A stretch of 55,290 nt of DNA from Bacillota bacterium (GCA_040880305.1 JBBDIP010000001.1:1-55290); one strand, 5' to 3'; positions 1-10,924 are shown, counted from the stretch's first letter. The notes: a model not told the origin generated them from the letters alone. Numbers and translations: made by a program.

Positions 1-774
1 GAGGAGCTACTTGAGATCACCGAGCTGGAAGTGCGTGAACTCCTCTCCAAGCACGGGTTTGACGGAGACAACGCCCCCATTGTTAGGGGCTCGGCCCTCC
101 AGGCGCTCAACTACAGCGGCAGCGATCCCAACCCACCCGAGTGGAAGTGCATCTGGGATCTCATGAACGCGGTCGACACCTACATTTCGACGCCGGAACG
201 CGCCATCGACAAGCCGTTCCTGCTTTCTGTCGAAGACGTGTTCACCATCACCGGGCGCGGCACCGTCGCCACCGGAAGGATCGAGCGCGGCGTCATCAAG
301 GTTGGAGACACTGTCGAGATCGTAGGCCTGGTCGAGAAAGCTAAGAGCACCGTGGTTACCGGCGTCGAGATGTTCAGGAAGATCCTTGACCAGGGACAGG
401 CCGGAGACAACGTAGGCTGTCTTTTGCGCGGCGTCGCCAAGAACGAAGTCGAGCGCGGTCAGGTGCTGGCAAAGCCCGGGTCGATCAAACCCCACACCAA
501 GTTCGAGGGCCAGGTATACGTGCTTTCGAAGGAAGAGGGCGGGCGCCACACGGCGTTCTTTACAGGCTACCGGCCCCAGTTCTATTTCAGGACCACCGAC
601 GTCACCGGTTCCGTCACGCTCCCCGAGGGAGTCGAGATGGTCATGCCTGGCGACAACGTGAGGATGCACGGTGAGCTTATCCAGCCCATCGCTATGGAAG
701 AGGGACTCCGCTTCGCCATCCGCGAGGGCGGAAGGACAGTGGCCTCAGGAGTAGTTACCAAGATCGAGGAGTGA
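1..774 (+). CDS. tuf: Elongation factor Tu, C-terminal part (5' end upstream of window)
   Basis: Frame 1 is open from nt 1 ([20 protein letters not shown]...). Translation matches EF-Tu domains II/III ([48 protein letters not shown]). Directly precedes rpsJ. Confidence 0.97.
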   Translation, partial: EELLEITELEVRELLSKHGFDGDNAPIVRGSALQALNYSGSDPNPPEWKCIWDLMNAVDTYISTPERAIDKPFLLSVEDVFTITGRGTVATGRIERGVIKVGDTVEIVGLVEKAKSTVVTGVEMFRKILDQGQAGDNVGCLLRGVAKNEVERGQVLAKPGSIKPHTKFEGQVYVLSKEEGGRHTAFFTGYRPQFYFRTTDVTGSVTLPEGVEMVMPGDNVRMHGELIQPIAMEEGLRFAIREGGRTVASGVVTKIEE

Positions 775-779
775 TCAGT

Positions 780-1091
780 GTGCGGAGACAGAGAATCCGG
801 GTCCGTTTGAGGGCTTTCGATCACGAGGTCCTGGACCAGTCGGCGGCCAGGATAGTGGAGACCGCCAAGAGGACTGGCGCTCTCATATCGGGTCCTGTCC
901 CGCTCCCCACCGAGCGGAGCGTGTACACCATCCTGGTGGCTCCCAACGGTGAGAAGGACATCCGCGAGCAGTTCGAGACGCGCGTTCACAAGCGGCTCAT
1001 CGACATTATGGAGCCCACCACCAAGACTATGGACGCGCTCACGAGGCTGGATCTCCCGGCCGGAGTGGACATCGAAATAAAGAGTGTGTGA
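780..1091 (+). CDS. rpsJ: 30S ribosomal protein S10
   Basis: [17 protein letters not shown]... is typical S10. GAGGAG RBS lies 8 nt before GTG 780; the longer ORF from GTG 771 overlaps the RBS and the tuf stop. Confidence 0.95.
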   Translation: MRRQRIRVRLRAFDHEVLDQSAARIVETAKRTGALISGPVPLPTERSVYTILVAPNGEKDIREQFETRVHKRLIDIMEPTTKTMDALTRLDLPAGVDIEIKSV

Positions 1092-1124
1092 CCTAAGCTT
1101 CTGTGATGGAGGAGGTGTCCTTTC

Positions 1125-1748
1125 ATGAAGGCCATCCTCGGCAAAAAGATTGGGATGAGCCAGGTTTTCGTCGAAAATGGGGAACTTGTACCCGTAACCG
1201 TCATCGAAGCCGGTCCGTGCACGGTCGTAGAGAAGAGAACTCTGGATAGGGACGGATATACAGGCATTCAGCTCGGCTTCGGCTTCGTGAAGGAGAATAA
1301 AGTCTCAAAGCCGGTTCTCGGCCAGTTCAAGACCAGAAGCCTTACCCCGGTAAGGTATCTTAGAGAGTTTCGTGTGGAGTCCGACGAGAACCTAGCTGTC
1401 GGCGACCAGGTCAAAGTGGACGTCTTCAAGACCGGAGACGTCATCGAGGTTACCGGCCAGAGCCTCGGCAAGGGGTTCGCCGGTGCCATCAAGCGGCACA
1501 ATTTCCACCGGAGTTTCATGGCCCACGGCTCCAAGTACCATAGGGGAGTAGGCTCCTTGCAGTCGAGAGACGCATCCAGAGTGTTCCCGGGCAGAAGGCT
1601 GCCAGGTCACATGGGAGACGAGAGAGTAACTATCCGCGGTCTTACGGTCGTGAGCGTGGATCCCGAAAAGAACCTGCTGCTTGTAAAGGGCGCGGTTCCG
1701 GGCGCGAAGGGTTCTCTCCTTATGGTTAGAGAGGCCAGGCGCTGGTAG
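1125..1748 (+). CDS. rplC: 50S ribosomal protein L3
   Basis: MKAILGKKIGMSQVF..., KGFAGAIKRHNF. GGAGGAGG RBS; S10-operon order. Confidence 0.97.
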   Translation: MKAILGKKIGMSQVFVENGELVPVTVIEAGPCTVVEKRTLDRDGYTGIQLGFGFVKENKVSKPVLGQFKTRSLTPVRYLREFRVESDENLAVGDQVKVDVFKTGDVIEVTGQSLGKGFAGAIKRHNFHRSFMAHGSKYHRGVGSLQSRDASRVFPGRRLPGHMGDERVTIRGLTVVSVDPEKNLLLVKGAVPGAKGSLLMVREARRW

Positions 1749-1774
1749 AAGACGTTGTTCAAGGAGGGATCCTC

Positions 1775-2398
1775 GTGCCCCAAGCCGAGGTTTTCAGTCC
1801 TAAAGGAGAAAAGGTAGGCGAGATCGGGCTCTCTGAAGCCGTTTTCGGCAAAGAGCCAAACACCAGCCTGATCCGGGCCGCAGTGCTCGCGCACCTTAAT
1901 AAGGCCAGGGTCGGGACTGTCAAGGTGAAGTCAAGGTCCGAAGTGGCTGGCGGCGGCAGGAAACCCTGGAGGCAGAAGGGTCTCGGCCGGGCCAGGGCCG
2001 GCTCGACCAGGTCTCCTATCTGGAGGCACGGCGGAGTCGCCTTCGGCCCCCAGGCCAGGGACTACAGCTGGGCTATCACCAAGAAGGTCAAGAGGCTGGC
2101 TCTACGCTCGGCGCTGTCGGCCAAGGCCAAGGACGGTCAGGTGGTTGTCCTGACTGACCTCAAGATGGCCGCGCCCAAGACCAAGGACCTATTCGGTTTC
2201 CTCAAGTCCATGGGGATGGAGAGAGGCATTCTCATCGTCACCCATGAAACTGAGCCCAATCTGGTCCTGTCAGCCAGAAACATCCCGGGCGTTGCAGTTA
2301 CCACTGCCCAGGAGTTGTCGACGTACGATACTATGGCGGCCAAGCATCTTCTCATCACCGAAGACGCGGTGAAGAAGCTCGAGGAGGTCCTGGCATGA
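1775..2398 (+). CDS. rplD: 50S ribosomal protein L4
   Basis: GGGRKPWRQKGLGRARAGSTRSPIWRHGG motif. AAGGAGG RBS before the GTG start. Confidence 0.97.
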   Translation: MPQAEVFSPKGEKVGEIGLSEAVFGKEPNTSLIRAAVLAHLNKARVGTVKVKSRSEVAGGGRKPWRQKGLGRARAGSTRSPIWRHGGVAFGPQARDYSWAITKKVKRLALRSALSAKAKDGQVVVLTDLKMAAPKTKDLFGFLKSMGMERGILIVTHETEPNLVLSARNIPGVAVTTAQELSTYDTMAAKHLLITEDAVKKLEEVLA

Positions 2399-2685
2399 AC
2401 CTTGTGGCAAGAGACATCATCATCACTCCTCTGGTAACAGAGAAGACCAACGCGGCGATGGCGCGCGGCACCTACAGCTTCAGGGTCCACCCTGACGCCA
2501 CTAAGGCCGATGTCCACAACGCGATAGAAGAGATCTTCAAAGTGCGGGTAACGAAGGTCAACACCATGAACGTTGGCGGAAAGCCCAGAAGGCTGGGGCT
2601 ACGGAAAGGGCGCACCCGCAATTGGAAGAAGGCAATGGTCACCCTCGCGCCCGGGCAAAAGATCCCGTTCTTCGAGGGCGTGTAG
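2395..2685 (+). CDS. rplW: 50S ribosomal protein L23
   Basis: L23-like translation (IITPLVTEKT..., FKVRVTKVNT). ATGA overlap with the rplD stop. Confidence 0.96.
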   Translation: MNLVARDIIITPLVTEKTNAAMARGTYSFRVHPDATKADVHNAIEEIFKVRVTKVNTMNVGGKPRRLGLRKGRTRNWKKAMVTLAPGQKIPFFEGV

Positions 2686-2700
2686 GTAGGAGGGATTGGC

Positions 2701-3531
2701 GTGCCGGTCAAAAGCTTTAAGCCCACATCCCCGGGCTTGAGGGGAAGAGTGGCTCCAACTTTCGAGGAGATAACCAAGACAACGCCGGAGCGGTCGCTTA
2801 CGATTTCTAAGAAGAACTTCTCTGGCCGCAACGCAGAGGGGCGCATCACGGTGCGTCACCGCGGCGGTGGCAGCAAGACGATCGTGAGGATCGTTGACTT
2901 CAAGAGGGAGAAAGACGACATCCCGGCCAAGGTCACGGCCATCGAGTACGATCCGGGCCGTTCCGCCAGGATAGCTCTCTTAGCGTACGCCGACGGCGAG
3001 AAGCGGTACATCGTCGCCCCTGTCGGCGTGAACGTGGGCGATGTGCTGAAGTCGGGCCTCAAGGCTGACATCAAGCCCGGCAACGCTCTTCCTCTGGACA
3101 GCATTCCGACGGGTACCGTGGTGCACAACATCGAGATGGTCCCCGGCAAGGGCGCCCAGATGGCCAGAAGCGCCGGCACCTCTGCCCAGCTCATGGCTAA
3201 GGAAGGCGGTTTCGCCCTCCTGCGTCTGGGCTCTGGTGAGCAGCGTAAGGTCCCTGTGCAATGCAGGGCCACCATCGGCCAAGTTGGAAACGTCGAGCAC
3301 GAGAACGCCGCCAAGGGCAAGGCGGGGGCCACCCGGCACAAGGGCTGGCGTCCGACAGTCAGGGGCGTCGCCATGAACCCTGTGGACCACCCCCACGGTG
3401 GCGGCGAAGGCAAGGCGCCCATCGGGCATCCCGGTCCGCTATCTCCCTGGGGCAAGCCGACTCTTGGCTACAAGACCAGGAAGAAGAATAAGGCGTCTAG
3501 CAAGTACATCGTGAAAGACCGCAGGAGATAA
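2701..3531 (+). CDS. rplB: 50S ribosomal protein L2
   Basis: [15 protein letters not shown] and [14 protein letters not shown] signatures. Confidence 0.98.
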   Translation: MPVKSFKPTSPGLRGRVAPTFEEITKTTPERSLTISKKNFSGRNAEGRITVRHRGGGSKTIVRIVDFKREKDDIPAKVTAIEYDPGRSARIALLAYADGEKRYIVAPVGVNVGDVLKSGLKADIKPGNALPLDSIPTGTVVHNIEMVPGKGAQMARSAGTSAQLMAKEGGFALLRLGSGEQRKVPVQCRATIGQVGNVEHENAAKGKAGATRHKGWRPTVRGVAMNPVDHPHGGGEGKAPIGHPGPLSPWGKPTLGYKTRKKNKASSKYIVKDRRR

Positions 3532-3555
3532 CCAAAAAGGAAGGAGGGGGCGACA

Positions 3556-3840
3556 GTGAGCCGGTCAACAAAGAAGGGGCCGTACGTAGACGTAAGGCTT
3601 CTTGGCAAGGTTCGCGAGATGAACGCCAAGGGTGACAAGAGGGTCATAAGGACCTGGGCCAGGGACTGCACCATAGTCCCGGAGATGCTTGGTCACACCA
3701 TCGCTGTGCACGACGGGCGAAAGCATGTCCCGGTGTATGTGACTGAGGACGCCGTAGGCCACAAGCTTGGCGAATTCGCTCCCACAAGAACATTCAGGGG
3801 TCACGGAGCGCACACTGAGCGTTCCACCGCTCTAAGGTAA
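3556..3840 (+). CDS. rpsS: 30S ribosomal protein S19
   Basis: [11 protein letters not shown]..., [17 protein letters not shown]. Confidence 0.98.
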   Translation: MSRSTKKGPYVDVRLLGKVREMNAKGDKRVIRTWARDCTIVPEMLGHTIAVHDGRKHVPVYVTEDAVGHKLGEFAPTRTFRGHGAHTERSTALR

Positions 3841-3856
3841 GGGGGTCAGATGCGTC

Positions 3857-4198
3857 ATGGAGGCCAGAGCTATAGTAAAGCATGTGCGGATTTCCCCTTC
3901 TAAGGTGCGGATCGTGGCCGATCTGGTCCGGGGAAAGCCGGTTAGCGAGGCGCTCGCCATCCTCAAGTACACGTCAAAGAGGGCGAGCATTGTCGTGAGC
4001 AAGGCCATCGCCTCTGCCGCGGCAAACGCTGAGAACAACCATGAGATGAACAAGGATGCCTTGGTGGTATCGACGATAATGGTCGACGCCGGGCCTACTC
4101 TCAAGAGGTTTCATCCTCGCCAAAGAGGGCAGGCATTTAAGATCCTGAAGAGGACATCCCACCTCACGGTGATAGTTAAGGAAAGAGAGGAGGGTTAA
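3857..4198 (+). CDS. rplV: 50S ribosomal protein L22
   Basis: EARAIVKHVRISPSKVRIVADLVRGK. Confidence 0.97.
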   Translation: MEARAIVKHVRISPSKVRIVADLVRGKPVSEALAILKYTSKRASIVVSKAIASAAANAENNHEMNKDALVVSTIMVDAGPTLKRFHPRQRGQAFKILKRTSHLTVIVKEREEG

Positions 4199-4201
4199 GA
4201 C

Positions 4202-4888
4202 TTGGGACAGAAGACACATCCAAAAGGGTTTCGCCTTGGAGTGATCTATGACTGGGACTCCAGGTGGTTCGCCCGCAAAGACTTTGCTGAACTCCTCCTC
4301 GAGGACTACAAGATCCGTGAGTTCGTGAAGGGAAAGCTCCACAACGCCGGTATTTCCAGGACCGAGATTGAGAGGAAGCCGCAAGAGGTCACAGTGATCA
4401 TCCACGCGGCCAAGCCTGGCGTGGTGATCGGCAGGGGCGGCACCGGCATCGAGGCCCTCCGCAAACAGCTTATTGAGCTAACAAAGAAGAGGGTCATCCT
4501 ACACGCTATTGAGGTGAAGAGCCCCGAGATTGACGCCCAGTTGGTCTCGGAGAATGTCGCCGAATCGATAGAGCGCAGGGTGTCTTATAGAAGGGCAATG
4601 AAGCAGGCCATGCAGCGCGCTATGAGGGTCGGCGCCAAGGGCATCAGGATCCGCTGCTCGGGACGTCTCGCGGGTGCTGAGATCGCGAGGCGCGAGAGGT
4701 CGGGCGAGGGAACAGTCCCCCTGCACACTCTGCGCGCCGACGTGGACTACGGTTTCACCGAGGCCCGCACCACTTTCGGCAGAATCGGCGTGAAAGTTTG
4801 GATCTACAAGGGAGACATTCTCCCCCAAAGGGCCGCCCGGACGCCGGCGCCGGCTGAGGGAGGGACTAAAACCAGTGTTAATGCCTAA
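4202..4888 (+). CDS. rpsC: 30S ribosomal protein S3
   Basis: [13 protein letters not shown]..., KH-domain [14 protein letters not shown] start after a GAGAGGAGGG RBS. Confidence 0.97.
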   Translation: MGQKTHPKGFRLGVIYDWDSRWFARKDFAELLLEDYKIREFVKGKLHNAGISRTEIERKPQEVTVIIHAAKPGVVIGRGGTGIEALRKQLIELTKKRVILHAIEVKSPEIDAQLVSENVAESIERRVSYRRAMKQAMQRAMRVGAKGIRIRCSGRLAGAEIARRERSGEGTVPLHTLRADVDYGFTEARTTFGRIGVKVWIYKGDILPQRAARTPAPAEGGTKTSVNA

Positions 4889-5339
4889 GAGAGTCAAGTG
4901 GCGCAAGCAGCACCGGGGCATCAATAACGGCAACGCGACGCGAGGCGCCGAGGTTTTCTACGGAGAGTACGGTCTGCAGGCGCTAGAGAACGCGTGGATC
5001 ACCGATCGCCAGATTGAGTCCGCTCGTGTGGCCCTCACCCGTTACATCAAAAGGGGCGGCAAGGTCTGGGTCAGGATATTCCCAGACAAGCCGGTCACCA
5101 AGAAGCCTGCCGAGACCCGTATGGGCAGTGGCAAGGGCAACGTCGAGTTCTGGGTTGCCGTGGTGAAGCCCGGAAGGATTCTCTTTGAGATAGCCGGCGT
5201 GTCTGAGGCTGACGCGCGGGAGGCACTACGGCTCGCATCGACCAAACTGCCCATCCATACTAAGTTCCAGGCCCGGCAAGAGGCGTCGGAAGAGGCAGAA
5301 GAGAAGGCGGTGACTTCCAGTGAAGGTGCAGGAGATTAG
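4875..5339 (+). CDS. rplP: 50S ribosomal protein L16
   Basis: [15 protein letters not shown]..., [20 protein letters not shown]. Short acidic C-terminal tail. Confidence 0.97.
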   Translation: MLMPKRVKWRKQHRGINNGNATRGAEVFYGEYGLQALENAWITDRQIESARVALTRYIKRGGKVWVRIFPDKPVTKKPAETRMGSGKGNVEFWVAVVKPGRILFEIAGVSEADAREALRLASTKLPIHTKFQARQEASEEAEEKAVTSSEGAGD

Positions 5340-5529
5340 GGATCTTAACGACAAGGACTTGGAGAAAAGGCTTTCCGACCTTAAGGAAGAGCTCTTCAAC
5401 CTGCGCTTTCAGATGACCACGGGGCAGCTCGACAACGTGATGCGGCTCCGCGATGTAAGGCGGTCCATCGCCGGGGTGAAGACTGTTCAGAGGCAGAGGG
5501 AGCTAGGTAAGCTCGCTCAGGAGGGTTAG
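5320..5529 (+). CDS. rpmC: 50S ribosomal protein L29
   Basis: [19 protein letters not shown]. Overlaps the rplP 3' end. Confidence 0.95.
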   Translation: MKVQEIRDLNDKDLEKRLSDLKEELFNLRFQMTTGQLDNVMRLRDVRRSIAGVKTVQRQRELGKLAQEG

Positions 5530-5532
5530 ATT

Positions 5533-5811
5533 ATGGAACGCGGGACGCGCAAAGAGTTCACCGGAGTTGTCGTGAGCGATAAGATGCAGAAGACCAGGGT
5601 CGTCTCCATCGAGACCTGGAAGGTCAGCCCCAAGTACAAAAAGAGGGTGCATGCGACTCGGAGGGTCAAGGCCCACGACGAGGAGAACGTTTCCAAGGTC
5701 GGGGACACCGTCCGTATGGTTGAGTCAAAGCCGCTGTCAGCCGACAAGAGGTGGCGGATAACGGAAGTGGTAGGGGGTTCCGCCCCGATTCCGGGGGGTG
5801 ACCAGGCTTGA
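5533..5811 (+). CDS. rpsQ: 30S ribosomal protein S17
   Basis: [19 protein letters not shown]..., [17 protein letters not shown]. Confidence 0.96.
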   Translation: MERGTRKEFTGVVVSDKMQKTRVVSIETWKVSPKYKKRVHATRRVKAHDEENVSKVGDTVRMVESKPLSADKRWRITEVVGGSAPIPGGDQA

Positions 5812-6176
5812 TCCAGATGCAGACCCGTCTTACGGTGGCCGACAATACCGGCGCCAGGCAGATTATGTGCATCAAGGTCTTGGGCGGCGCACTCCACCGC
5901 TACGCCTCTCTCGGCGACATCATCGTCGCTTCGGTCAAGGAGGCCACTCCTGGAGGCGTTGTCAAGAAAGGCCAGGTTATCCGCGCAGTTGTTGTGCGCG
6001 TAACCAAGAACATTCGCAGGTTGGACGGGACGTATATCAAGTTCGACGACAACGCGGCGGTCATCCTGAAGGACGACAGAGAGCCTCAGGGAACCCGTAT
6101 CTTTGGGCCCGTGGCAAGGGAACTAAGGGATAAGAAGTTCACCAAGATCATCTCCCTCGCTCCCGAAGTGCTCTAG
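5808..6176 (+). CDS. rplN: 50S ribosomal protein L14
   Basis: [20 protein letters not shown] start. Confidence 0.98.
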   Translation: MIQMQTRLTVADNTGARQIMCIKVLGGALHRYASLGDIIVASVKEATPGGVVKKGQVIRAVVVRVTKNIRRLDGTYIKFDDNAAVILKDDREPQGTRIFGPVARELRDKKFTKIISLAPEVL

Positions 6177-6199
6177 GCCCCTAAAGGTGGTGGAAGTAC

Positions 6200-6511
6200 G
6201 TGAATATAAGGAAGGACGATACGGTCCTGATTATCACCGGCAAGTACGCCGGCAAGCAGGGCAAGGTCATGCGGGCCAGTCCCGCTGAGGACCGCTTGGT
6301 AGTCCAGGGCGTCAACGTTCATAAGAAACACCAGAAGCCCACCAAGGACATGCCGCAGGGCGGCATCATCGAGGCTGAGGGGCCCATCCAGAGGTCCAAC
6401 GTGATGATGCTCTGCCCCAGGTGCCAAAAGCCCACCCGGCTCCGGGCGAAGGTTGTTGGTGATAAGAAGGTCCGGATCTGCGCGAAGTGCGGCGAAGCGA
6501 TTGACAAGTGA
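6200..6511 (+). CDS. rplX: 50S ribosomal protein L24 (Cys4 C-terminal variant)
   Basis: KOW region ([17 protein letters not shown]) plus a C-terminal CPRC...CAKC motif. Confidence 0.96.
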   Translation: MNIRKDDTVLIITGKYAGKQGKVMRASPAEDRLVVQGVNVHKKHQKPTKDMPQGGIIEAEGPIQRSNVMMLCPRCQKPTRLRAKVVGDKKVRICAKCGEAIDK

Positions 6512-6522
6512 GGTCGAGTGAC

Positions 6523-7059
6523 GTGGCGCTAAAGGAAGTTTACCAGAGCGAGGTCGTCCCCGCGATGATGAAGGCGTTTGGGTACCAGAACAACATGCAG
6601 GTGCCCAAGATTCAAAAGGTCGTCATCAACATGGGTGTTGGGGAAGCGACCCAGAACGCCGACGCGCTAGAGGCGGCGGCTGCTGACCTCGCCAAGATCG
6701 CGGGCCAAAAGCCCGCCATTACCAAAGCCAAGCGCTCAATTTCGGCCTTTAAGGTCAGGGCCGGGATGAACGTGGGATGCAAGGTCACGCTCCGGGGAGA
6801 CAGGATGTACGATTTCTTCGACAAGCTGGTCCACGTGGTCATGCCGCAGCTCCGTGACTTCCGCGGCATTTCACCCGACGGCTTCGATGGGAGAGGCAAC
6901 TACTCCCTGGGTCTTAAGGAACAGATCATCTTCCCCGAGATCGAGTACGACAAGGTCTCGAAGGTGCGGGGCATGAACATCACCGTCACCACGAGCGCAA
7001 GGACCGACGAAGAGGGTCACTACCTCTTGAAGGCCCTCGGAATGCCGTTTAGAGAGTAA
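6523..7059 (+). CDS. rplE: 50S ribosomal protein L5
   Basis: (M)[20 protein letters not shown]... aligns with L5 N-termini. GTG 6523 lies 9 nt after GAGG; the ORF track start at GTG 6508 is the alternative. Confidence 0.95.
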   Translation: MALKEVYQSEVVPAMMKAFGYQNNMQVPKIQKVVINMGVGEATQNADALEAAAADLAKIAGQKPAITKAKRSISAFKVRAGMNVGCKVTLRGDRMYDFFDKLVHVVMPQLRDFRGISPDGFDGRGNYSLGLKEQIIFPEIEYDKVSKVRGMNITVTTSARTDEEGHYLLKALGMPFRE

Positions 7060-7072
7060 GGGGGAATTTCCA

Positions 7073-7258
7073 TTGGCACCCTTGGCCAAGATCAACAAGG
7101 CTAACAAGGAGCCCAAGTACAAGACGCAGAGAGTGAACCGCTGCAAGATTTGCGGCCGCTCACACGCGGTCCTGAGACGGTTTGGGCTGTGCAGGCATTG
7201 CTTTAGGAAGCTCGCGCATCGCGGGGAGATCCCTGGCGTAAGGAAAGCCAGCTGGTAG
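7073..7258 (+). CDS. rpsN: 30S ribosomal protein S14, type Z (zinc form)
   Basis: 61 aa with CKICG...CRHC. Confidence 0.96.
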   Translation: MAPLAKINKANKEPKYKTQRVNRCKICGRSHAVLRRFGLCRHCFRKLAHRGEIPGVRKASW

Positions 7259-7271
7259 GAGGGACATCAAT

Positions 7272-7667
7272 ATGACACATGACCCCGTTGCGGATATGCT
7301 TACCCGAATCCGTAATGCTGGCATGGCCAGACACGAGAAGCTTGAGTTACCTTCCTCGCGCCTTAAGGAGAAACTCCTTTCGGTGCTGAAGGAAGAGGGT
7401 TATATCCGGGACTTCGAGGTGACCTCCGAAAAGCCTGTACCCAAGCTGAAGGTCTACCTGAGGTACGGCCCGGGCAAGTCCAGGGCGATAAGGGGCATTA
7501 GGCAGATTTCCAAGCCTGGCCTTAGGATCTATGCCCAGAAGGACGAGATCCCCAGAGTCTTAGGCGGGCTCGGGATCGCGGTAGTATCCACGTCCAAGGG
7601 CATCATGACCGACAGGTCGGCGAGAACCCTGGGGCTCGGCGGCGAAGTAATCTGCTACGTCTGGTAA
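7272..7667 (+). CDS. rpsH: 30S ribosomal protein S8
   Basis: [13 protein letters not shown]..., [10 protein letters not shown]-terminus. Confidence 0.97.
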   Translation: MTHDPVADMLTRIRNAGMARHEKLELPSSRLKEKLLSVLKEEGYIRDFEVTSEKPVPKLKVYLRYGPGKSRAIRGIRQISKPGLRIYAQKDEIPRVLGGLGIAVVSTSKGIMTDRSARTLGLGGEVICYVW

Positions 7668-7684
7668 GGCGGGAGGTCTTGGAC

Positions 7685-8221
7685 GTGTCTCGAATTGGAG
7701 TTAAACCGATAGCGGTCCCTAAGGGCGTCACTGTGACCATCCAGGATGGAGAGGTCATAGTCAAGGGCCCCAAAGGGACTCTCGCAAGAAAGTGCCACCC
7801 CGACATGAAGATCGAGATACAGGGCGATCAGATCTCGGTGCAAAGGCCGTCGGACAACAAGATGCATAGGTCGCTGCACGGTCTGACCAGGACTCTCATC
7901 GCCAACATGGTCCAGGGCGTCACGGAGGGTTACGAGAAGACCCTCGAGATCTCGGGGATGGGCTACCGTGCCACCAAGGCCGGAGATAAGCTGGTCCTGA
8001 ACCTGGGTTTCATAAGACCGGCAGAGATAGTGCCGCCCAAGGGCGTCACGATCGATGTGCTCTCGACGACTTCGTTCGTTGTTAGGGGCATCGACAAAGA
8101 AGTAGTAGGGCAGCTCTGCGCTGAGATAAGAAGGCTCCGCCCGCCCGAGCCCTACCAGGGATCAGGTGTGAAGTACCAGGGCGAGAAGATCAGGCGGAAA
8201 GTTGCCAAGGCCGCGAAGTAA
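7685..8221 (+). CDS. rplF: 50S ribosomal protein L6
   Basis: (M)SRIGVKPIAVPKGV. GGGAGG RBS 8 nt before GTG 7685; TTG 7679 in the ORF track is too close to the RBS. Confidence 0.96.
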   Translation: MSRIGVKPIAVPKGVTVTIQDGEVIVKGPKGTLARKCHPDMKIEIQGDQISVQRPSDNKMHRSLHGLTRTLIANMVQGVTEGYEKTLEISGMGYRATKAGDKLVLNLGFIRPAEIVPPKGVTIDVLSTTSFVVRGIDKEVVGQLCAEIRRLRPPEPYQGSGVKYQGEKIRRKVAKAAK

Positions 8222-8252
8222 GGTGGCCAGGAGCAGGGAGGATTGACCTTCT

Positions 8253-8612
8253 ATGAAATCTAAGCAGGAGAAGAGGGAGACGCGCCACCTCCGGGTGAGG
8301 AAGACTGTCGCCGGCACGCCCGAGCGCCCGAGGCTGTGCGTGTTCAGAAGCCTGAAGCACATTTACGCTCAGGTTATTGACGACAACGGAAGGCGCACCC
8401 TTGCTTCCGCCTCGACAGCGGAGCCTTCCTTCAAAGAGCAGGCCAAGTCCGGCGGCAACCTCACGGCTGCCTCCGCCATAGGTAAGTTGGTCGCGATGAG
8501 AGCTTTGGAGCAGGGCGTCAAGAAAGTGGTGTTTGACAGAGGCGGCTACCTCTATCACGGACGGGTGAAAGCGTTGGCGGACGCCGCCAGAGCTGGCGGG
8601 CTGGATTTCTAA
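8253..8612 (+). CDS. rplR: 50S ribosomal protein L18
   Basis: [18 protein letters not shown]..., [20 protein letters not shown]. Confidence 0.97.
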   Translation: MKSKQEKRETRHLRVRKTVAGTPERPRLCVFRSLKHIYAQVIDDNGRRTLASASTAEPSFKEQAKSGGNLTAASAIGKLVAMRALEQGVKKVVFDRGGYLYHGRVKALADAARAGGLDF

Positions 8613-8613
8613 A

Positions 8614-9219
8614 ATGCGGGGTGATTTCGTGGTAGAGCCGAGAAGAGACAGGGGCCGGGATAACAGGGGACCGAGAACCGATAGGGGTACGGGTCCTCTC
8701 CAGGCTCAGGACGAGTTCAAGGACGAAGTAGTCAGCGTGGGACCCGTCTCCAAGACCGTGAAAGGCGGGCGCAGGCGTAGCTTCCGCGCGCTCGTGGTCG
8801 TGGGCAACGGGAACGGCAAGGTCGGCGCCGGGCTCGGCAAGGCCTTGGATCTCACCGATGCCATTCGCAAGGGCATCGAGGACGCCAAGAAGAACCTTAT
8901 CGATGTTCCGAGGCACGACGGCACCATTCCCCACGAAGTGCTTGGCCGCTTTGGGGCCGGCAAGGTCATGCTCCGCCCCGCTTCGCCCGGTACCGGCGTC
9001 ATTGCCGGCCGTGGAGTGAGGCCGCTCATGGAGCTTGCAGGTATCCAGGATATTCTGGCGAAGTCGCTGGGTTCGTCCAACCCTTACAACGTGGTTTATG
9101 CTACTATCGAGGCCCTAAAGGAACTAAGGAGTGCCCAAGAGGTGGCGGCGGCCCGGGGCAGAACTTTAAAGCCCAAGGAAGCCCAGGAGAGAGAGGTCTT
9201 GCCCGATGGAATTGCATGA
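8614..9219 (+). CDS. rpsE: 30S ribosomal protein S5 (N- and C-terminally extended)
   Basis: [27 protein letters not shown] core. An Arg/Asp-rich N-terminal extension of about 35 aa comes from ATG 8614. Confidence 0.94.
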   Translation: MRGDFVVEPRRDRGRDNRGPRTDRGTGPLQAQDEFKDEVVSVGPVSKTVKGGRRRSFRALVVVGNGNGKVGAGLGKALDLTDAIRKGIEDAKKNLIDVPRHDGTIPHEVLGRFGAGKVMLRPASPGTGVIAGRGVRPLMELAGIQDILAKSLGSSNPYNVVYATIEALKELRSAQEVAAARGRTLKPKEAQEREVLPDGIA

Positions 9220-9646
9220 CCTGCCCGTGACACCGGGTTCTACAAAGGTAGCGAAGCGGAAGGGACAAGGCCTCGGGTCCGGCAACGGCAAGACCGCCGG
9301 GCGCGGCACCAAGGGCCAGAAGTCCAGGTCGGGCGGCGGCAAGGGACCGGGCTTTGAGGGTGGCCAGATGAGGCTCACCATGAGGCTCCCCAAGCACGGC
9401 TTTCACAACAACTTCGCGGTGGAATACGGCCTCGTGAACGTCGCGGATCTTGAGGCGTTCGACGCGGGTGCCGAAATCGGCCCCGAGCAGCTGAAAGAGG
9501 CTGGGATGCTTCGCAGGAACGCTCTCCGTTTGAAGATTTTGGGAGAGGGAGAAATAGGCAAGGCTCTGAACGTCAAAGCGCACGCCTTCTCCAAAACGGC
9601 AAAGGAGAAAATCGAGGCCGCCGGCGGCAAGACCGAGGTGATATAG
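9206..9646 (+). CDS. rplO: 50S ribosomal protein L15
   Basis: [34 protein letters not shown]. Overlaps the rpsE 3' end by 14 nt, so there is no room for rpmD. Confidence 0.96.
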   Translation: MELHDLPVTPGSTKVAKRKGQGLGSGNGKTAGRGTKGQKSRSGGGKGPGFEGGQMRLTMRLPKHGFHNNFAVEYGLVNVADLEAFDAGAEIGPEQLKEAGMLRRNALRLKILGEGEIGKALNVKAHAFSKTAKEKIEAAGGKTEVI

Positions 9647-10909
9647 ATGATCGGTACCTTGAGGAACGCATGGCATGTCCGGGTCCTCAGGAAGAGGATC
9701 CTGACCACCGTGGGCTTGCTCATAGTCTTCAGGGCGGGAGTTGCGGTGCCGGTTCCCGGAGTATTGCCTGAGGTGATTAAGTCCCTGTTCTCCGAAGGCA
9801 CGCTTTTCGCGTTCATGGACCTTTTCTCGGGTGGGGCGCTCAGCACGTACTCAGTGTTCGCGATGAGCATCTATCCCTACATCAACAGCTCCATCATCAT
9901 GCAGCTCCTGCAGATGGTTATCCCTAAGTGGGAAGAGATGTCCAAAGAAGAGGACGGACGCAAGAAGCTTCAAGGGTACACCAGGTACGGGACCATCATC
10001 CTCGGATCCATCCAGGCTTTCGGAATGACGATGGCCATCAGGTTGCAGGGCGCCCTTGTGTCCACCTCGATGTGGCTGGTGATCGAGATTATACTCAGCC
10101 TTACGGCGGGCACTGCCTTCCTCATGTGGTTGGGTGAGGTTATCACCGAGAAGGGTATCGGGAACGGCATCTCGCTGTTCATCTTCGCCGGCATCATCAC
10201 CGGGATGCCCAAGGAGATCATGCAGGTCGTGGCCTACGTGCAATTAGGGCAGGCCAAGTGGTACAACGTGCTTTGGCTGCTCATGGTGACTATCGTCACG
10301 ATCACCTTGGTGATCTTCGTGACTGAGGGCGAGCGCAGGATACCCGTGCAGTACTCCAAGCGGGTTGTGGGGCGGAAGATGATGGGTGGCTATGCGACCA
10401 ACATCCCCATCCGGATCAACCAGGCGGGAGTCATACCGGTTATCTTCGCCTCGTCGCTCCTGGCCTTCCCCGCGACCATCGCGTCGTTCGTTAAGGCGGG
10501 CTGGGCGACCAAACTGGGGCAACTGTTCGACTACAGGGCACCGTGGTATACTGGCATGTATGCCCTGTTGATATTCGGTTTCACGTTTTTCTATACCGCG
10601 ATGGTCTTCAATCCTTTGGACGTCGCGGACAACATGAGGAAATACGGCGGCTTCATACCGGGTATCCGGCCAGGCAAGCCTACGGCCGACACCCTTTCGA
10701 GGGTGGTCACCCGGATTACCGTTGTAGGAGCGACGTTCTTGGCCGCCATCGCGGTTTTGCCAAACTTCATGATCCAGATAACCGGACTACCCGGGTTTCA
10801 CGCCTTGGGGGGCACGGCCCTTCTGATTGTGATTGGCGTCGCGATAGAGACCATGAAGCAGATCGAAGCGCAGCTGGTCATGAGGAACTACCAGGGATTC
10901 CTGAGATAG
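9647..10909 (+). CDS. secY: Preprotein translocase subunit SecY
   Basis: 420 aa, about 10 TM segments, SecY motifs (GIGNGISLFIFAGI, RIPVQYSKR). Position after rplO. Confidence 0.98.
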   Translation: MIGTLRNAWHVRVLRKRILTTVGLLIVFRAGVAVPVPGVLPEVIKSLFSEGTLFAFMDLFSGGALSTYSVFAMSIYPYINSSIIMQLLQMVIPKWEEMSKEEDGRKKLQGYTRYGTIILGSIQAFGMTMAIRLQGALVSTSMWLVIEIILSLTAGTAFLMWLGEVITEKGIGNGISLFIFAGIITGMPKEIMQVVAYVQLGQAKWYNVLWLLMVTIVTITLVIFVTEGERRIPVQYSKRVVGRKMMGGYATNIPIRINQAGVIPVIFASSLLAFPATIASFVKAGWATKLGQLFDYRAPWYTGMYALLIFGFTFFYTAMVFNPLDVADNMRKYGGFIPGIRPGKPTADTLSRVVTRITVVGATFLAAIAVLPNFMIQITGLPGFHALGGTALLIVIGVAIETMKQIEAQLVMRNYQGFLR

Positions 10910-10924
10910 GGGCGGTGGCGATCC

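Noticed and set aside
5798-6133. 111-aa ORF overlapping rplN in another frame (and similar same-strand overlapping ORFs such as 141-344, 3261-3491, 9928-10137, 23809-24432).
   Set aside because: These are out-of-frame readings of well-supported genes. They give Arg-rich nonsense translations with no independent start signals.
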